Source: Octopus sinensis (taxonomy: Eukaryota). Taken from it: a stretch of DNA of 64,000 bases. The stretch is taken from the NCBI RefSeq assembly GCF_006345805.1, contig NC_043005.1:92690001-92754000 (forward strand), in the 5' to 3' direction. The notes beneath the pieces were generated by a model, which was given only the letters and a program-made list of their open reading frames with translations, was not told where the DNA came from and did not search any database. Positions 20,981-34,490 of the stretch are shown piece after piece. The position numbers were made by a program, and so were the translations under genes. Each line of letters starts with the position of its first letter. Within the stretch, counting starts at the first letter, position 1.

Positions 20981-23902
20981 TTTTGATTGTGCCACTGGCT
21001 GGGTTAAATTTTGTTTGTGCCACTGGCTGGGTTAAATTTTGATTGTGCCACTGGCTGGGTCAAATTTTGATTGTTCCACTGGCTGGGTCAAATTTTGATT
21101 GTGCCACTGGCTGGGTCAAATTTTGATTGTTCCACTGGCTGGGTTAAATTTTGATTGTTCCACTGGCTGGGTTAAATTTTGATTGTGCCACTGGCTAGGT
21201 TAAATTTTGATTGTGCCACTGGCTGGGTCAAATTTTGATTGTGCCACTGGCTGGGTCAAATTTTGATTGTTCCACTGGCTGGGTTAAATTTTGATTGTTC
21301 CACTGGCTGGGTTAAATTTTGATTGTGCCACTGGCTGGGTTAAATTTTGATTGTTCCACTGGCTGGGTTAAATTTTGATTGTTCCACTGGCTGGGTTAAA
21401 TTTTGATTGTGCCACTGGCTGGGTTAAATTTTGATTGTTCCACTGGCTGGGTTAAATTTTGATTGTTCCACTGGCTGGGTTAAATTTTGATTGTTCCACT
21501 GGCTGGGTTAAATTTTGATTGTTCCACTGGCTGGGTTAAATTTTGATTGTGTCACTGGCTGGGTCAAATTTTGATTGTTCCACTGGCTGGGTTAAATTTT
21601 GATTGTTCCACTGGCTGGGTTAAATTTTGATTGTTCCACTGGCTGGGTTAAATTTTGATTGTTCCACTGGCTGGGTTAAATTTTGATTGTGTCACTGGCT
21701 GGGTCAAATTTTGATTGTTCCACTGGCTGGGTTAAATTTTGATTGTTCCACTGGCTGGGTTAAATTTTGATTGTTCCACTGGCTGGGTTAAATTTTGATT
21801 GTTCCACTGGCTGGGTTAAATTTTGATTGTTCCACTGGCTGGGTTAAATTTTGATTGTTCCACTGGCTGGGTTAAATTTTGATTGTGCCACTGGCTGGGT
21901 CAAATTTTGATTGTTCCACTGGCTGGGTTAAATTTTGATTGTTCCACTGGCTGGGTTAAATTTTGATTGTTCCACTGGCTGGGTTAAATTTTGATTGTTC
22001 CACTGGCTGGGGTAAATTTTGATTGTTCCACTGGCTGGGTTAAATTTTGATTGTTCCACTGGCTGGGTTAAATTTTGATTGTGCCACTGGCTGGGTTAAA
22101 TTTTGATTGTGCCACTGGCTGGGTTAAATTTTGATTGTGCCACTGGCTGGGTCAAATTTTGATTGTGCCACTGGCTGGGTTAAATTTTGATTGTTCCACT
22201 GGCTGGGTTAAATTTTGATTGTGTCACTGGCTGGGTTAAATTTTGATTGTGTCACTGGCTGGGTTAAATTTTGATTGTGTCACTGGCTGGGTTAAATTTT
22301 GATTGTTCCACTGGCTGGGTTAAATTTTGATTGTTCCACTGGCTGGGTTAAATTTTGATTGTGCCACTGGCTGGGTCAAATTTTGATTGTGCCACTGGCT
22401 GGGTTAAATTTTGATTGTCCACTGGCTGGGTTAATTTTGATTGTTCCACTGGCTGGGTTAAATTTTGATTGTTCCACTGGCTGGGTTAAATTTTGATTGT
22501 GCCACTGGCTGGGTCAAATTTTGATTGTGCCACTGGCTGGGTTAAATTTTGATTGTTCCACTGGCTGGGTTAAATTTTGATTGTTCCACTGGCTGGGTTA
22601 AATTTTGATTGTGTCACTGGCTGGGTTAAATTTTGATTGTGTCACTGGCTGGGTTAAATTTTGATTGTGTCACTGGCTGGGTTAAATTTTGATTGTGTCA
22701 CTGGCTGGGTTAAATTTTGATTGTTCCACTGGCTGGGTTAAATTTTGATTGTGTCACTGGCTGGGTTAAATTTTGATTGTGTCACTGGCTGGGTTAAATT
22801 TTGATTGTGTCACTGGCTGGGTTAAATTTTGATTGTTCCACTGGCTGGGTTAAATTTTGATTGTGTCACTGGCTGGGTTAAATTTTGATTGTTCCACTGG
22901 CTGGGTTAAATTTTGATTGTGTCACTGGCTGGGTTAAATTTTGATTGTGTCACTGGCTGGGTTAAATTTTGATTGTGTCACTGGCTGGGTTAAATTTTGA
23001 TTGTTCCACTGGCTGGGTTAAATTTTGATTGTGTCACTGGCTGGGTTAAATTTTGATTGTGTCACTGGCTGGGTTAAATTTTGATTGTGTCACTGGCTGG
23101 GTTAAATTTGATTGTTCCACTGGCTGGGTTAAATTTTGATTGTTCCACTGCTGGGTTAAATTTTGATTGTGCACTGGCTGGGTTAAATTTTGATTGTGCC
23201 ACTGGCTGGGTCAAATTTTGATTGTGTCACTGGCTGGGTCAAATTTTGATTGTGCCACTGGCTGGGTTAAATTTTGATTGTTCCACTGGCTGGGTTAAAT
23301 TTTGATTGTGTCACTGGCTGGGTTAAATTTTGATTGTTCCACTGGCTGGGTTAAATTTTGATTGTGTCACTGGCTGGGTCAAATTTTGATTGTGCCACTG
23401 GCTGGGTTAAATTTTGATTGTGCCACTGGCTGGGTCAAATTTTGATTGTGTCACTGGCTGGGTCAAATTTTGATTGTGTCACTGGCTGGGTTAAATTTTG
23501 ATTGTTCCACTGGCTGGGTTAAATTTTGATTGTGTCACTGGCTGGGTTAAATTTTGATTGTTCCACTGGCTGGGTTAAATTTTGATTGTGTCACTGGCTG
23601 GGTCAAATTTTGATTGTGCCACTGGCTGGGTTAAATTTTGATTGTGTCACTGGCTGGGTTAAATTTTGATTGTTCCACTGGCTGGGTTAAATTTTGATTG
23701 TGCCACTGGCTGGGTTAAATTTTGATTGTTCCACTGGCTGGGTTAAATTTTGATTGTTCCACTGGCTGGGTTAAATTTTGATTGTGCCACTGGCTGGGTT
23801 AAATTTTGATTGTGCCACTGGCTGGGTTAAATTTTGATTGTGTCACTGGCTGGGTTAAATTTTGATTGTGTCACTGGCTGGGTTAAATTTTGATTGTGCC
23901 AC
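20981..23902. repeat. 28-bp minisatellite, ~104 copies (TTTTGATTGT[GC/TC/GT]CACTGGCTGGGT[T/C]AAA)
   Basis: Uninterrupted head-to-tail array with three variable positions. Confidence 0.97.
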
Positions 23903-23904
23903 CA

Positions 23905-23962
23905 CCTCAGAAAACTCATCCAACCATGAAAGACTGGACATAAAATGATGATGATGATGATT
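23905..23962 (+). mobile_element. Degenerate RTE tail remnant
   Basis: CATCCAACCATG..GGACATAAAATGATGATGATG resembles the RTE 3' terminus. Confidence 0.55.
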
Positions 23963-24204
23963 TCTAAAATCCTGTGTCACTTTCTTTGTTGGTTTGATTG
24001 CATTGTAGGAATGTCACAGATTCACACTCAAACATATATCAACATATACATACATGCGCACATATGTGCATGCACATACACACACACACTAAATACATAG
24101 TGTATGTGTGAAAGTAAGATAAAAACTGCAAGAGTTTGATAGGCAAATAGATAGATAGTGTGAGAAAGAGTACAAATGTATATGCATGTATATTTTGTGT
24201 TTCT

Positions 24205-24800
24205 ATATATATACCCCCCCCCCCCCCCACATACCCCACCTCTACCCCCACCCTATGCCTTCCCACAAATCCCAACTCTACCCCAACCCTCAGCCGAACC
24301 CACACCCCACCCGTGCTTTCCCCACTCTCCCCTCCCCCACCTCCCAACAACATCACACTACACCACACTACACCATACAACATTACACATCACATCACAA
24401 CACACCACCCACACACCCATCCCCACATCTTCACACCTACACATACATACACGCACACGTCCAGACCACCTGCCTTCTTTCACACGCACATACATACTCT
24501 CTTGTACACACGCGCACCTTTGTGTTGGGGGGTGGGTGGTCATCTTTACCTTGTTATCTCCCCTATTGTCCTTCCTATGTTTGACCCTTCTGTCCGGCAC
24601 TAGTCGCCATGATAGATCATTAGCCACTACACACATTTTTTTCTCTCCTTGTTTTTTCTGTGTATCTTTCTGTAGAAGAGCGTAGGCTTGAAATGTAAAA
24701 GACTTTTTCTATTCCTGAGCATTATACTAATACATCTGTTTGTTTTGTACACCACCTGTCTTTGTCTTTTGTTTTTTTGTAAACTCTCCTTATATATATA
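24205..24800 (+). mobile_element. C-rich low-complexity tract plus Penelope-like 3' repeat remnant
   Basis: GAAGAGCGTAGGCTTGAAATGTAAAAGAC..CCACCTGTCTTTGTCTTTTG recurs at 5929-6027 and inverted at ~30170-30240. The Penelope assignment is inferred. Confidence 0.4.
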
Positions 24801-25859
24801 TATACATACATATGTTTGTGTGTGTGTGTGTGTATGTGACATTTTTACAGTGTAAGAGAACCAACAGAGAAAGCAAGTTCACCTTATTGCCTGACCTTCC
24901 ACCCACACACTAAAAGCTGTTTTCTCCATGTGCTTTCTGCTCCTTAATTGTTTTTATTTCTGCCATCACCTTGGGTCCCTATATAAAACCAATATCATTG
25001 TCTCTATCTTAGTCTTTCATACATATTTGCATAATTTATTCCATATTTAAATAAATAACATCGTTTGTGACAGGTATATTGCTGCATAAATAGTTAGTAT
25101 ACTAAGAATGTTTTGTACATCAAAGGCTGTTTTGTCCGTCATATATAATTAATATATAATTAATAAGCATGATTTTTGGAAGTTTAATTCAACATGAATA
25201 AAAAAAATATAATAATGATAATAATAATAATGAAATTATTGTATACAGTGCTCAGGTACAGCACAATGCTTTTGTATTATGACCAACATTTTAGAAAAGA
25301 AAATTATTTCATGACAATTTACTGTCATTTGTAACAATTATGTTTCTAAAATCACATGTACTCATATGGATGTTGAAAATGACTTATTGGTAAAAATTCC
25401 TTTTTAGCATGAATTTTTTGAATCCTGATTTTGCTCAGGAATGCCAACACATCACTTGTGAAATTGTAAATTTGACTTCATCCCAAACCAGCCTCCGTTA
25501 TTTCGGTCTCTTTCCTTTTCAACATTAAAGCTTTCACAATTTGTGATTTATTTGATTTAGTCGATGATGACTCTTTTGCTGAACGAGTGTGAACCGAATT
25601 ATCAAAATATTATAATTGAAGAATTTTCCAATTTATTGATTTGTCAACATCTGAGTGGTTTTTATTTTATGAGATTTCTCTTCTAATATTGAATATCTAT
25701 AGAAACAAATTATGAAAAAGTCTTCCCCCCCCCTTCACTACCTTCTCCTCTTCCTCCTCTCTCTTTCTCTCTCTCCAATCAAGGTAGCCATGTACCTCCT
25801 CCCCTACTGCAAGGCACCTATTTCTATTCCTCTATTCATTCTATAACTTCCCATCACCT

Positions 25860-26110
25860 GACACATAATAGCCCCCCCCACCTTCTCAGTTGAGGAATCT
25901 TGTCTTGGAAGTCACTTGGTAACCTTACTGCTGCTGGTGCCATGTAAAAGGCACCCAGTCCACACCTGGTAAAGTGGTTGGTATCAGCAAGGACATCCGG
26001 CTGTAGAAACCATGCTAAAACAGACAGTAGAGCTTGATGCAGTCTTCCGGCTTCCCAGCCCCTGTCAAACCATCCAACCCAGCATAGAAGGAGGACACTA
26101 AATGATGATA
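25860..26110 (+). mobile_element. RTE-type 3' tail fragment
   Basis: CTTGTCTTGGAAG..GTAAAAGGCACCCAG..GCTGTAGAAACC..CATCCAACCC..ATGATG; similar to 6150-6460. Confidence 0.65.
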
Positions 26111-26689
26111 ATATTTCCATTGGTAAATATTCATAGCAGCAGTAGTAGTAGTAGTAGTAGTAAACCGACAGTCAACAAACATCTGTTGCAATGTTAAGTG
26201 CTCAGTATCTAACATCTTCAAAACAGCCCCTAGTCTTAGGCAAGTCTTTGGCGCCGTTGTGCTTTTCTACCAAGTTTTGCTAAATTCTGTTGAAACTTCC
26301 TTTGGTGCACGCCATATTTTTCAACTACTGAACGTAGAAGCACACAATATGTTCCTCATCATAATACATGCTTTTTCATACTGTCATGGGTTGGAAGAGC
26401 CTGAACTGTAGTAATCTACCATTCTTCTTGCTTGTGTCTGAAACTAAAAGACTGTTTATGCATGATGGGCTTTTGTCATTAGAACTGATTGGAGATCTCT
26501 AACTACAATTTAAAATCATGAGGAATTTGTTAAATACCACAATATTTGGGAGTTTCTGTTTACTTAATTTCTCCAATCAGTTTCTGATTTTTTTTTAATA
26601 CATACTCCTTTTCTATTATTACTAACCTGTGTGGTTCAAGATTTTCCTAATTATGTATGAATATTGTATCTATTTTTTCTAATAAGTCA

Positions 26690-26900
26690 TTGTCATCATT
26701 GCTATCATCATTTAACAACCATGTTCCATGCTGGCAGGGGTCGGGCAACCTGACTGGATTTGATGAGTCCAAGAATTGTATCATGCTACACTGTCTTCTA
26801 TTTTGGTTTCTATGGTTGGATATCATTTCTAATGTGACTAACGCCATTCACCTTCCAGCATGTATCAGGTGTTTCTTTGTGCCACTTGCATTAATTTGCT
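26690..26900 (-). mobile_element. Degenerate RTE tail
   Basis: CATCATTTAAC..CCATGCTGGCA..degenerate core. Confidence 0.55.
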
Positions 26901-27064
26901 ATTCAATTTGCAAGGCTACAAACCCTGAGAGAGGCAGCTTTATGCTAAGGGATGAGAGAAGACTCTAGGTTCAAGGTCTTGAGATCAGCTTCACCATTTT
27001 ATCGGCTGGGTTTCCCTCAACCATAAACTCCATTCATATTAAGTGATTGACATTTCATTATACA

Positions 27065-27275
27065 ATGTTGTTTTTCACGTGCCACTGGTACAAGTGCCAG
27101 TAAGGCGACGCTGGTAATGATCATGTTCGAATGGTGCTTTTTACATGCCACTGGCAATAATCACACTCAGATGCTGCTCTTAACATTCCACTAGCACGGA
27201 TGCCAATCAGGCGGTGCTGTCACTGGCCACATCAGCGAATTTGATTTTGATTTCCCTTGCCACAACGGGTCATGA
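27065..27275 (-). mobile_element. RTE 3'UTR hairpin modules (copy-1 type), orphan
   Basis: CACGTGCCACTGG..GTGCCAGTAAGGCG..TTTGATTTTGATTTCCCTTGCC matches 1745-2050. Confidence 0.7.
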
Positions 27276-28154
27276 ATGTCTATGATGAATTTCATTCTAC
27301 TTGTATAGAGACAATTCTATCATAACAGTCATATTTATCCTTAGTTTAATTGAAGCTTGTTGATCTGATTAGATTGTTATGCTTTATACTAAAACAAACT
27401 TGATATTTATTAGAAATATTTTATGAGGCAGCTTGGTCCACCCTAATCCTAATCCAAATGATAGATAATCCCTGTTCAGTACTTGATTTTGAATTATTAA
27501 TCTTACACAATCAACTTTAGATATTACTTTTTTTTTCCTGCTTTGCCCCTTTTCTGTGTCTCCCTCAGACTCCCTATTAACCGATATTCTTTCCTTTCTA
27601 CAGGTACTCTTTCTAAATGTGTCGTTTACTCAATGCTGTTCTTACTCAAGCTAGCAGCAGTTATTACAGGCATCAATAACAATTCTTCATTTTGTGCAAA
27701 ATATTAGGCTTTTTCATTTGTTTCCCATTGTTAATACTATTTCTTTTTCTTTATTGATTTTTTCTTAGGCAATCTAAGATTATATACTTTAAACCAAATA
27801 AAAGCATGTCATATCAACTATTGGATTAAGATTAGTGTATTTATTGATAGTCTTTCTTGTAATCTTGTCTATCATACACATTTCAATTTTGGCTGAATTA
27901 ATAATTCTTACCCTTTATCACACACTCGCAACTTCATATTTTGGTACATAACATAAGGCTCTAACCCCCATCCCCACCTCCATGTGGTGGTAGGGAGGGT
28001 ATGCTTTATACTCTAGGTATAAAAAGCAAATTTTAAATTCTTTGGTACATTTTTGGTGTACAGCATGTTGTTAGCATCGGTGATGGAGGGCAGCAATGGC
28101 AACCTCTTTGGTAACAATTATTTTCTACTGAAATATTATTATAATAAAATGATA

Positions 28155-28300
28155 GTTTCAAATTTTGGTACAGGGCCAGCAGTTTTTTAAGGGATGGGGA
28201 AGTACTTAACAGGCCCTTATTTTGTCAATCGCAAAAGGATGAAAGGCAAAGTTGACCTTTGTGGAATTTGAACTCAGAACATAAAGATGGATGATTCTGC
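28155..28300 (-). mobile_element. tRNA-derived SINE family 2 remnant
   Basis: GGATGAAAGGCAAAGTTGACC..GGAATTTGAACTCAG (reverse complement is B-box GAGTTCAAATTCC); also at 45455, 47565 and 52172. Confidence 0.65.
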
Positions 28301-29074
28301 TAATAAAATAATAAAGTTATTTTACCTTATGTAATATGTAGTATGATTGCATGGCCATTATAAATGTATATTCATCAACAGAGAAAGCTATGACCATCAT
28401 CAGATCACCGTTTATAAAAGCTGAGCAAATATAAATGAGACAGCTGTGAGTTATGAGTGCATTCCATTCACATTGTTTTACCAGAATGCTCTGCCATTTG
28501 AGTAAGTTCAGGAAACACAGGTATTTAAGGTATTAATTGTATAGACTGGTAATGGTTACTTAGCATACTAGCCTGTTGTTGGCAACAAATGGTAATCTAA
28601 CATGCTAATCATTACATGGTAGGTGAGTCAATTAGTGGCTTCGTAGCCAGCCTTCTTGTTTAATGATGGCTTAAATAGGTAGATGCAGGCTCTCACTTTA
28701 TTAGGAGCATTCTTCAAGAGGTTAAAAAAGAAAGGTATTATTAAAACCTAGCTATCATATGACTCTGTTATGGCCCCATAAGCTTACTTTGGTCAGTCTC
28801 ACTGTGCAGTATCTTTAGACACCTTTTGGTACTGCATAGTGGGACTGAAGCTGAAACCATGTGGTTACAAAGCAAATTTCTTAACCAACGGCCAAGCCTG
28901 CATCTTAACCCTTCTAAGACAACCAGGCCAATCTGTCGTCCTATAATTTTTATGCTAGAAAAAAGGCAGCTGATCTCTTCAAGAATATATAGCCAGGGGA
29001 GAAGCAGAAACAAGGAAGTTTGCCAATATTCTGCATCATGAAGACCAGAGGCTTGGAGTGTTTCCGATTGCAAG

Positions 29075-30165
29075 ACAATGTGAGAGCTGTACAAGCCATT
29101 TATAGGGATGCTGTTAGTCAGGTGAGAATCACCAATGAGTATAACAAGGAGTTTAGTGTACAAGTAGGAGTCCATCAGGTTTTCGTTCTTAGCCCCCTCT
29201 TTTTTATCATGGTCCTCCAAGCTATAACTGAGGAATTTAAGACTGGCTGACCTTGGGAGCTCCTCTATGCTGATGACCTTGTTCTTATTGCTGAATCACT
29301 GCCAGAACTAGAGAAGAAGTTGCAGGTATGGAAGCAAGGTCTGGAATCAAAGGGCTTTAAGAGTTAATTTAGCAAAGATCAAAGTATTGATAAGTAGCAA
29401 AACAGACAAATTGCAGATCCATCCAGTGAGATGGCCCTGCTCGATATATAGTAAAGGTGTCAGAAGAAACTCCTTAAGGTGTACCTAGTACAAGTTATAG
29501 ACACATAAGAGGTGTAGCAGCATTACAGGATAACCAATGGAAAAAGTAGTCTTTACAGGTGGCAAATGTGCTGGTACATTAAGCAGCAAGAATGTACAAA
29601 AAATAGACTCCCTCATATGTCAGGAGGGTTCCTTAGAAGTAGTAGACAGTTTCTGTTACTTTGGTGACTAAGTTAGTAGGGGTGGGGGTGGTTGTTCTGA
29701 AAGAATAGCTGCTAGAATAAGAATTGGCTGGGTGAAGTTCAGAGAGCTACTACCTCTGTTAGTAATGAAGGGCTTCTCCCTCAGAGTGAAAGGCAGATTG
29801 TATGATGTCTCTGTATGAACAACTATGCTACATGGCAGTGAGACATGGGCTGTGACTACTGAGAATATGCAAAGACTTGAAAGAAATGAAGCCAGTATGC
29901 TTTGATGGATGGGTAATGTCAGTGTGCATATATGACAGGGTGTAAATGATTTAAGAGGAAAATTGAGTATACTTAGCATCAGATGTAGTGTGCAAGAAAG
30001 AAGACTGTGCTGGTTTAGTCATGTAATGTACATGAATGAAGACAGTTGCATCAAGAGATACCAATCTCTAATTGGAGAGAAAACACATGGAAGGAGTAGA
30101 CCCAGGAAGACGTGGGACAAAGTGGTGAGAAAGGATCTGTTTTAGTCTGACACCCAAGAAAAATG
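29075..30165 (+). pseudogene. Decayed RTE LINE copy 4 (RT C-half to ORF end)
   Basis: VQVGVHQ..LSPL, WELLYADDL, decayed PHD, GRSRPRKTW, with many stops. Confidence 0.88.
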
Positions 30166-31067
30166 GAAGAGTCTTTGATGTTTTGAGCCAATACTCTTCT
30201 ACAGAAAGGAACGAAGAGAAAAAACAGATGGAGAAAGGAAAAAAAAAACATATCTGGATTAATGGTTGCACATATATAACCCATGCCAGCATGGAAAACG
30301 GATGTTAAAAGTTGATGGTGATGATGATGGTATATACATATATATATTTGTATGAAATTTAAGTTGTTTATACAGAATTTTGTAAGAATGATTCTGTTTT
30401 CAATGTAGAAGCATCAGTGTTTAGACAATATTATTTTAGAAATTAATCCATCGGAGTCTAAAAGATTCCAAGCTCCCAACAGTTTTTACTCAGAACAATT
30501 CTGGAAGCTCTCTTTCTCAACAGTGTTTTGGTTTCCAATAAAAGTTTTTATATATTTCTATAGTTTCTCACAATTCATTTTTATCTTATAATCACTCTAC
30601 ATCATCATTATTACATCATAAAATCATTAACAAAACAAATAGCAATACATTATCATATTATTATGCCTATAGATTACACATTGAACAAACACATCTAATA
30701 AAAGAAGAAGAGATGCATTCAGTGATACAGTGAACATTATGCACGAACACACAGTCTTGGGCTAAAAAAAAACCTATTTAGTAATAAAGGAGAAAACTGA
30801 AGCTGCTTGCTGAGAAGCAAAAAAAGAGCTGTTCATTTTTCATTGAAGCTAATCACGGAATTAAATGGAAATATTAAAAATAATAAAAGAAAATTTTAAT
30901 GAAAGAAGGAAAATGCTTTGTCTATTTGTCGATGATGAAAAAATATAATCTTGTTAAGAATACATTCATTTATTTATTATCAACTAAATTTAATCATATT
31001 CAAATCCTAATTTTAATGTATATATGAGTAGAACATTTTGTGATTTAGTAACAAGAAAATAAATAGC

Positions 31068-31100
31068 ATAATAATGATGATGATGATGATGATGATAATA

Positions 31101-31137
<37 letters not shown>

Positions 31138-31172
31138 TAATAATAATAATGATAATAATAATGATAATAATA
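31068..31172. repeat. (ATG)n/(ATA)n compound trinucleotide repeat
   Basis: Direct reading. Confidence 0.95.
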
Positions 31173-31668
31173 AAGCTATCAAAAGCAAAACAAAATAAAA
31201 ACAAAGCTAATTAGAGGAGAAAAAACAGCAATTAAAAAAAATCTTTAATTATTGATATAACAAGAAATGTGTGTAAGTGTGCATTTATATGTGCCTAAAC
31301 AGACATTTTAATGTAGGAATGTGTGCTTGTATCTGCATGTGTTTTGGTTATGTGTAGCAATAAATGGTTGTCATGCTAATTCTCTTGCTTGTGAGTTGAA
31401 TAAAAAGTCACGAGGCTTGGCAGGTGCAGTTTGGCTTAATATGTTCAAAATCAGTTGTAATTGCTAATTTTACAGATAAAAATAAAACTAATGTTTAATT
31501 TTGAGACGAATATTGTGAATTAGTTATTATTTAAGAGAAAGTCTTTTCACTTTTCTTCTTTTTCTTCAAGTGAAGACTTATTTTTATCCGTTTATTTCTT
31601 CTTTAATTTAATAAACATGCTTTGTTTTGGTAAGGATTTATTTGAAACCTCAGAAAATGCATGAAAAT

Positions 31669-31719
<51 letters not shown>

Positions 31720-31964
31720 ATTTGGTGAATTCAAGTGATAGCTAGTAGTTCTATTTTTAGTTTTTAGTTATAAAAGTGAATTATCTTCTCAATGCCTAAG
31801 GTATTGCTGGCATACAACTGTAAAGTTATGCAATTCAATGTGAAATAAGAAATAAAACAAAAACATTCCATTAATAACTGATACGTGGTGGTTTGAAGAA
31901 AGTAAATGAAATTATTTGAGCAAATATTTATATTAGTTGCTGAAAGTTTACCTTGATGATTGTC

Positions 31965-32270
31965 TATCAGATGGATGTGTGATGTTAGTGTGCATGAATG
32001 ATGAGGCACAAATGAGGGAAAAACTAGGTGTAAGAGCAATAAGTTGTATTGTACAAGAGTGATGACTATGTTGGTGTGGATATGTGATGTGAATGATAGT
32101 TGCTATCAGTGATGTGCGTTACATATCCATGTCAACACAGGGGACAGGTGAGTAAAGAAGTGCCAGGGAATTCACGTGGAAGGAACCACCGAGAGAGGAA
32201 GACATGAGCAGAAATGGTAAAAGATGATCTCAGGAAGGTAAATCTCACAAAAGAGATGACAAAGGAATGC
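31965..32270 (+). pseudogene. Highly decayed RTE ORF C-terminal remnant
   Basis: RWMC.VSVH..REKLGVRAISC.VQ..and KDDLRKVNLTKEMTK-like translation. Confidence 0.6.
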
Positions 32271-33540
32271 AGCAAGTAGTAGGTTGATGTGTTTGAAAAG
32301 GGACCCATCCAATTCTAATGGGAAAATAATGATGATGTTGTCAAGTTGGCTGTTTGCCAACAGAATTGAAAAAAGGCCTTCATATAATCATTGCATTGCT
32401 GATTTTAGAAAAAAATACTATCATCATATTTGTTAATATTTGATTTAACATTGGCCACTCTGCAATATTGGTGTCATCTAATCTAAGAGACATCCAGCCC
32501 TTGACAGCATGGAAAACATGTTGCTGCTGCTGCTGATGATGATGATGATGAGAAGGAGGATATTACAAAACAAACGGTTTAAACTGAATATTAATAGCAT
32601 AATTTTCTCTGGTTTTGGAGAGTCTACAAAAATTTAATGGGTACTGCCTCTTTCTGCACGCCCAGGAAGTAAAGGACAAAAAACGAAAAAAGAAAAAAAA
32701 CTTTGTGTCCCCATTTTGCTCATGAAACTATTTCATAAAAATCTGGTTTAAGTTTGGTAATTGGCATTAAATATCATCTTAATTGATATTGTTAAGACAG
32801 ATTCTAATACAATGATATGGCTCCAACAGGTAGTATATGAACCTCCTTTTCAAGAAGACAGCAAAATATGAATACGAATGAGCCAAACATCTCATCATAA
32901 TGTGTTAAGCTCTTCATTTAGCATCTGTTGTTGGTAATTATCTGTTGTTTTCTTTTTTTTTGTTTCCAGTTGGAGAAAGTATTTTTTTAATTGTAAACAA
33001 TAGCTCCACACTGTATATTTAGTAGACTGTGTTAAATGATTTATTTTTGTAATTAAAAAAATTTTGGTGTGGAACTAATGGCTTAAGTAAAATTCAAAAT
33101 CACTTTTAAATATGGTCAAAAATTTTTCTAGGAAGTTATAATTCACTTATAATTCATACATGCAAGTGTGTATGTATGCATATATCTGTTAGTGCATATA
33201 ACGATTTTATTAAACCAGGCTATTTAAAGAACACTCTCCACATATAAAACAAATATATTATTTATTACTTTAATCAATTCAAGGCCTTTAAAATTTTGTT
33301 TTAAAACTTAATAAGAAGATTGCTTTTGTAATTTATATTCTTCTCTTGAATAACATTTCAGATAAAGTTAAAAAAATATAAAATTTAATATATTTTGAGA
33401 CAATGAGTTTGTTTTTATTATACTATAAGTCTTTTTAACTGTTATTGGTACCTATTGACATTGTACGTGACTTAGTAACATATTCAAAGTGTCATGTTAC
33501 TAAGTCAAGTATATGGTGATTTTGTTGGCTGTTTTATTTA

Positions 33541-34490
33541 TATCAGGTTGAATAAAAAGTAAGTAATGTTTTGAACCATGAAGAATTTGTAATGGATTTT
33601 TGCAGAGTTTTGAATTTTTTTAAACAGTTTTTTGCAATTGTCTGCTAATACAAACATAGACTTGCTCAAATGCATCAATAAATTAACATTGATGCTTTTT
33701 TCACTGTTGTTACAATCATCTGAAATGGAACTGTCAAAGCATGGCATTTGAGCAATTTTGTTATTCAACTTCAAAAAATGATGTAAAACAGCTGAAACTG
33801 CTTGTGATATCAACAAAACATTTGGTGAGGAAATGATCAGTGAGTGATCAGCTCAAAAATGGTTTAAATGATTTTTCAGTGGAGACCTGAGCCTTGAAGA
33901 TCGTGAGCATAGTGGACGCCCATCTGTCATCAATGGCAGTCAATTAAAGACTGCCATTAAGAAAGATTCATTTAAAACCAGCTGAGAACTGGCAAAATAA
34001 CTTCAAGTTAACCAGAAGACTGCTTGAAACCATTTGCATGCAATCGGAAAATCAAACAAGCTTGACAAATGGGTACACACAATTTGAATGAAAATCAGAA
34101 AATGCGCAGATATGAAATTTGCTCTGTAACCAGACCAATCCACTTCTTGTGATGAAAAGTGGATTCTGTACAATAATAAAAAATGTTTTTTGCAATGGTT
34201 GAACCAACATGAAGCACCGAAAACCTCCCTAAACCTGATCTCTTCAAAAAGAAGGTTATGATGACTGTTTGGTGGTGCGCTGCTGGACTCATCCACTATA
34301 AACTTCTTTAAACTCAGAAAAACCATTAATGCAGAAACATATTGCTACGAGATTGTCAAAACGAATGAAAAACTGCAACTCCTCTGTCCCAGACTAGTCA
34401 GCAGAAGAGGACCAACCATTCTTCATGACAATTCTTGACCACATGTTTCACTAATGATGCTCCAGAAGTAGAAGGAACCTGGCTACGAAT
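33541..34490 (+). mobile_element. mariner remnant, 3'-truncated
   Basis: TA+TCAGGTTG TIR-like start; MELSK..WFK..LEDREHSGRP; CDEKW and HDNS.PH catalytic motifs with stops. Confidence 0.85.

Noticed and set aside
20981-23902. CRISPR array
   Set aside because: Head-to-tail repeats with no spacers, no cas genes, eukaryotic context.
25400-26520. Protein-like patches on the minus strand (e.g. VLLRSVVEKYGVHQRKFQQNLAKLGRK)
   Set aside because: Frames are interrupted by several stops, with no recognisable family or consistent splice pair.
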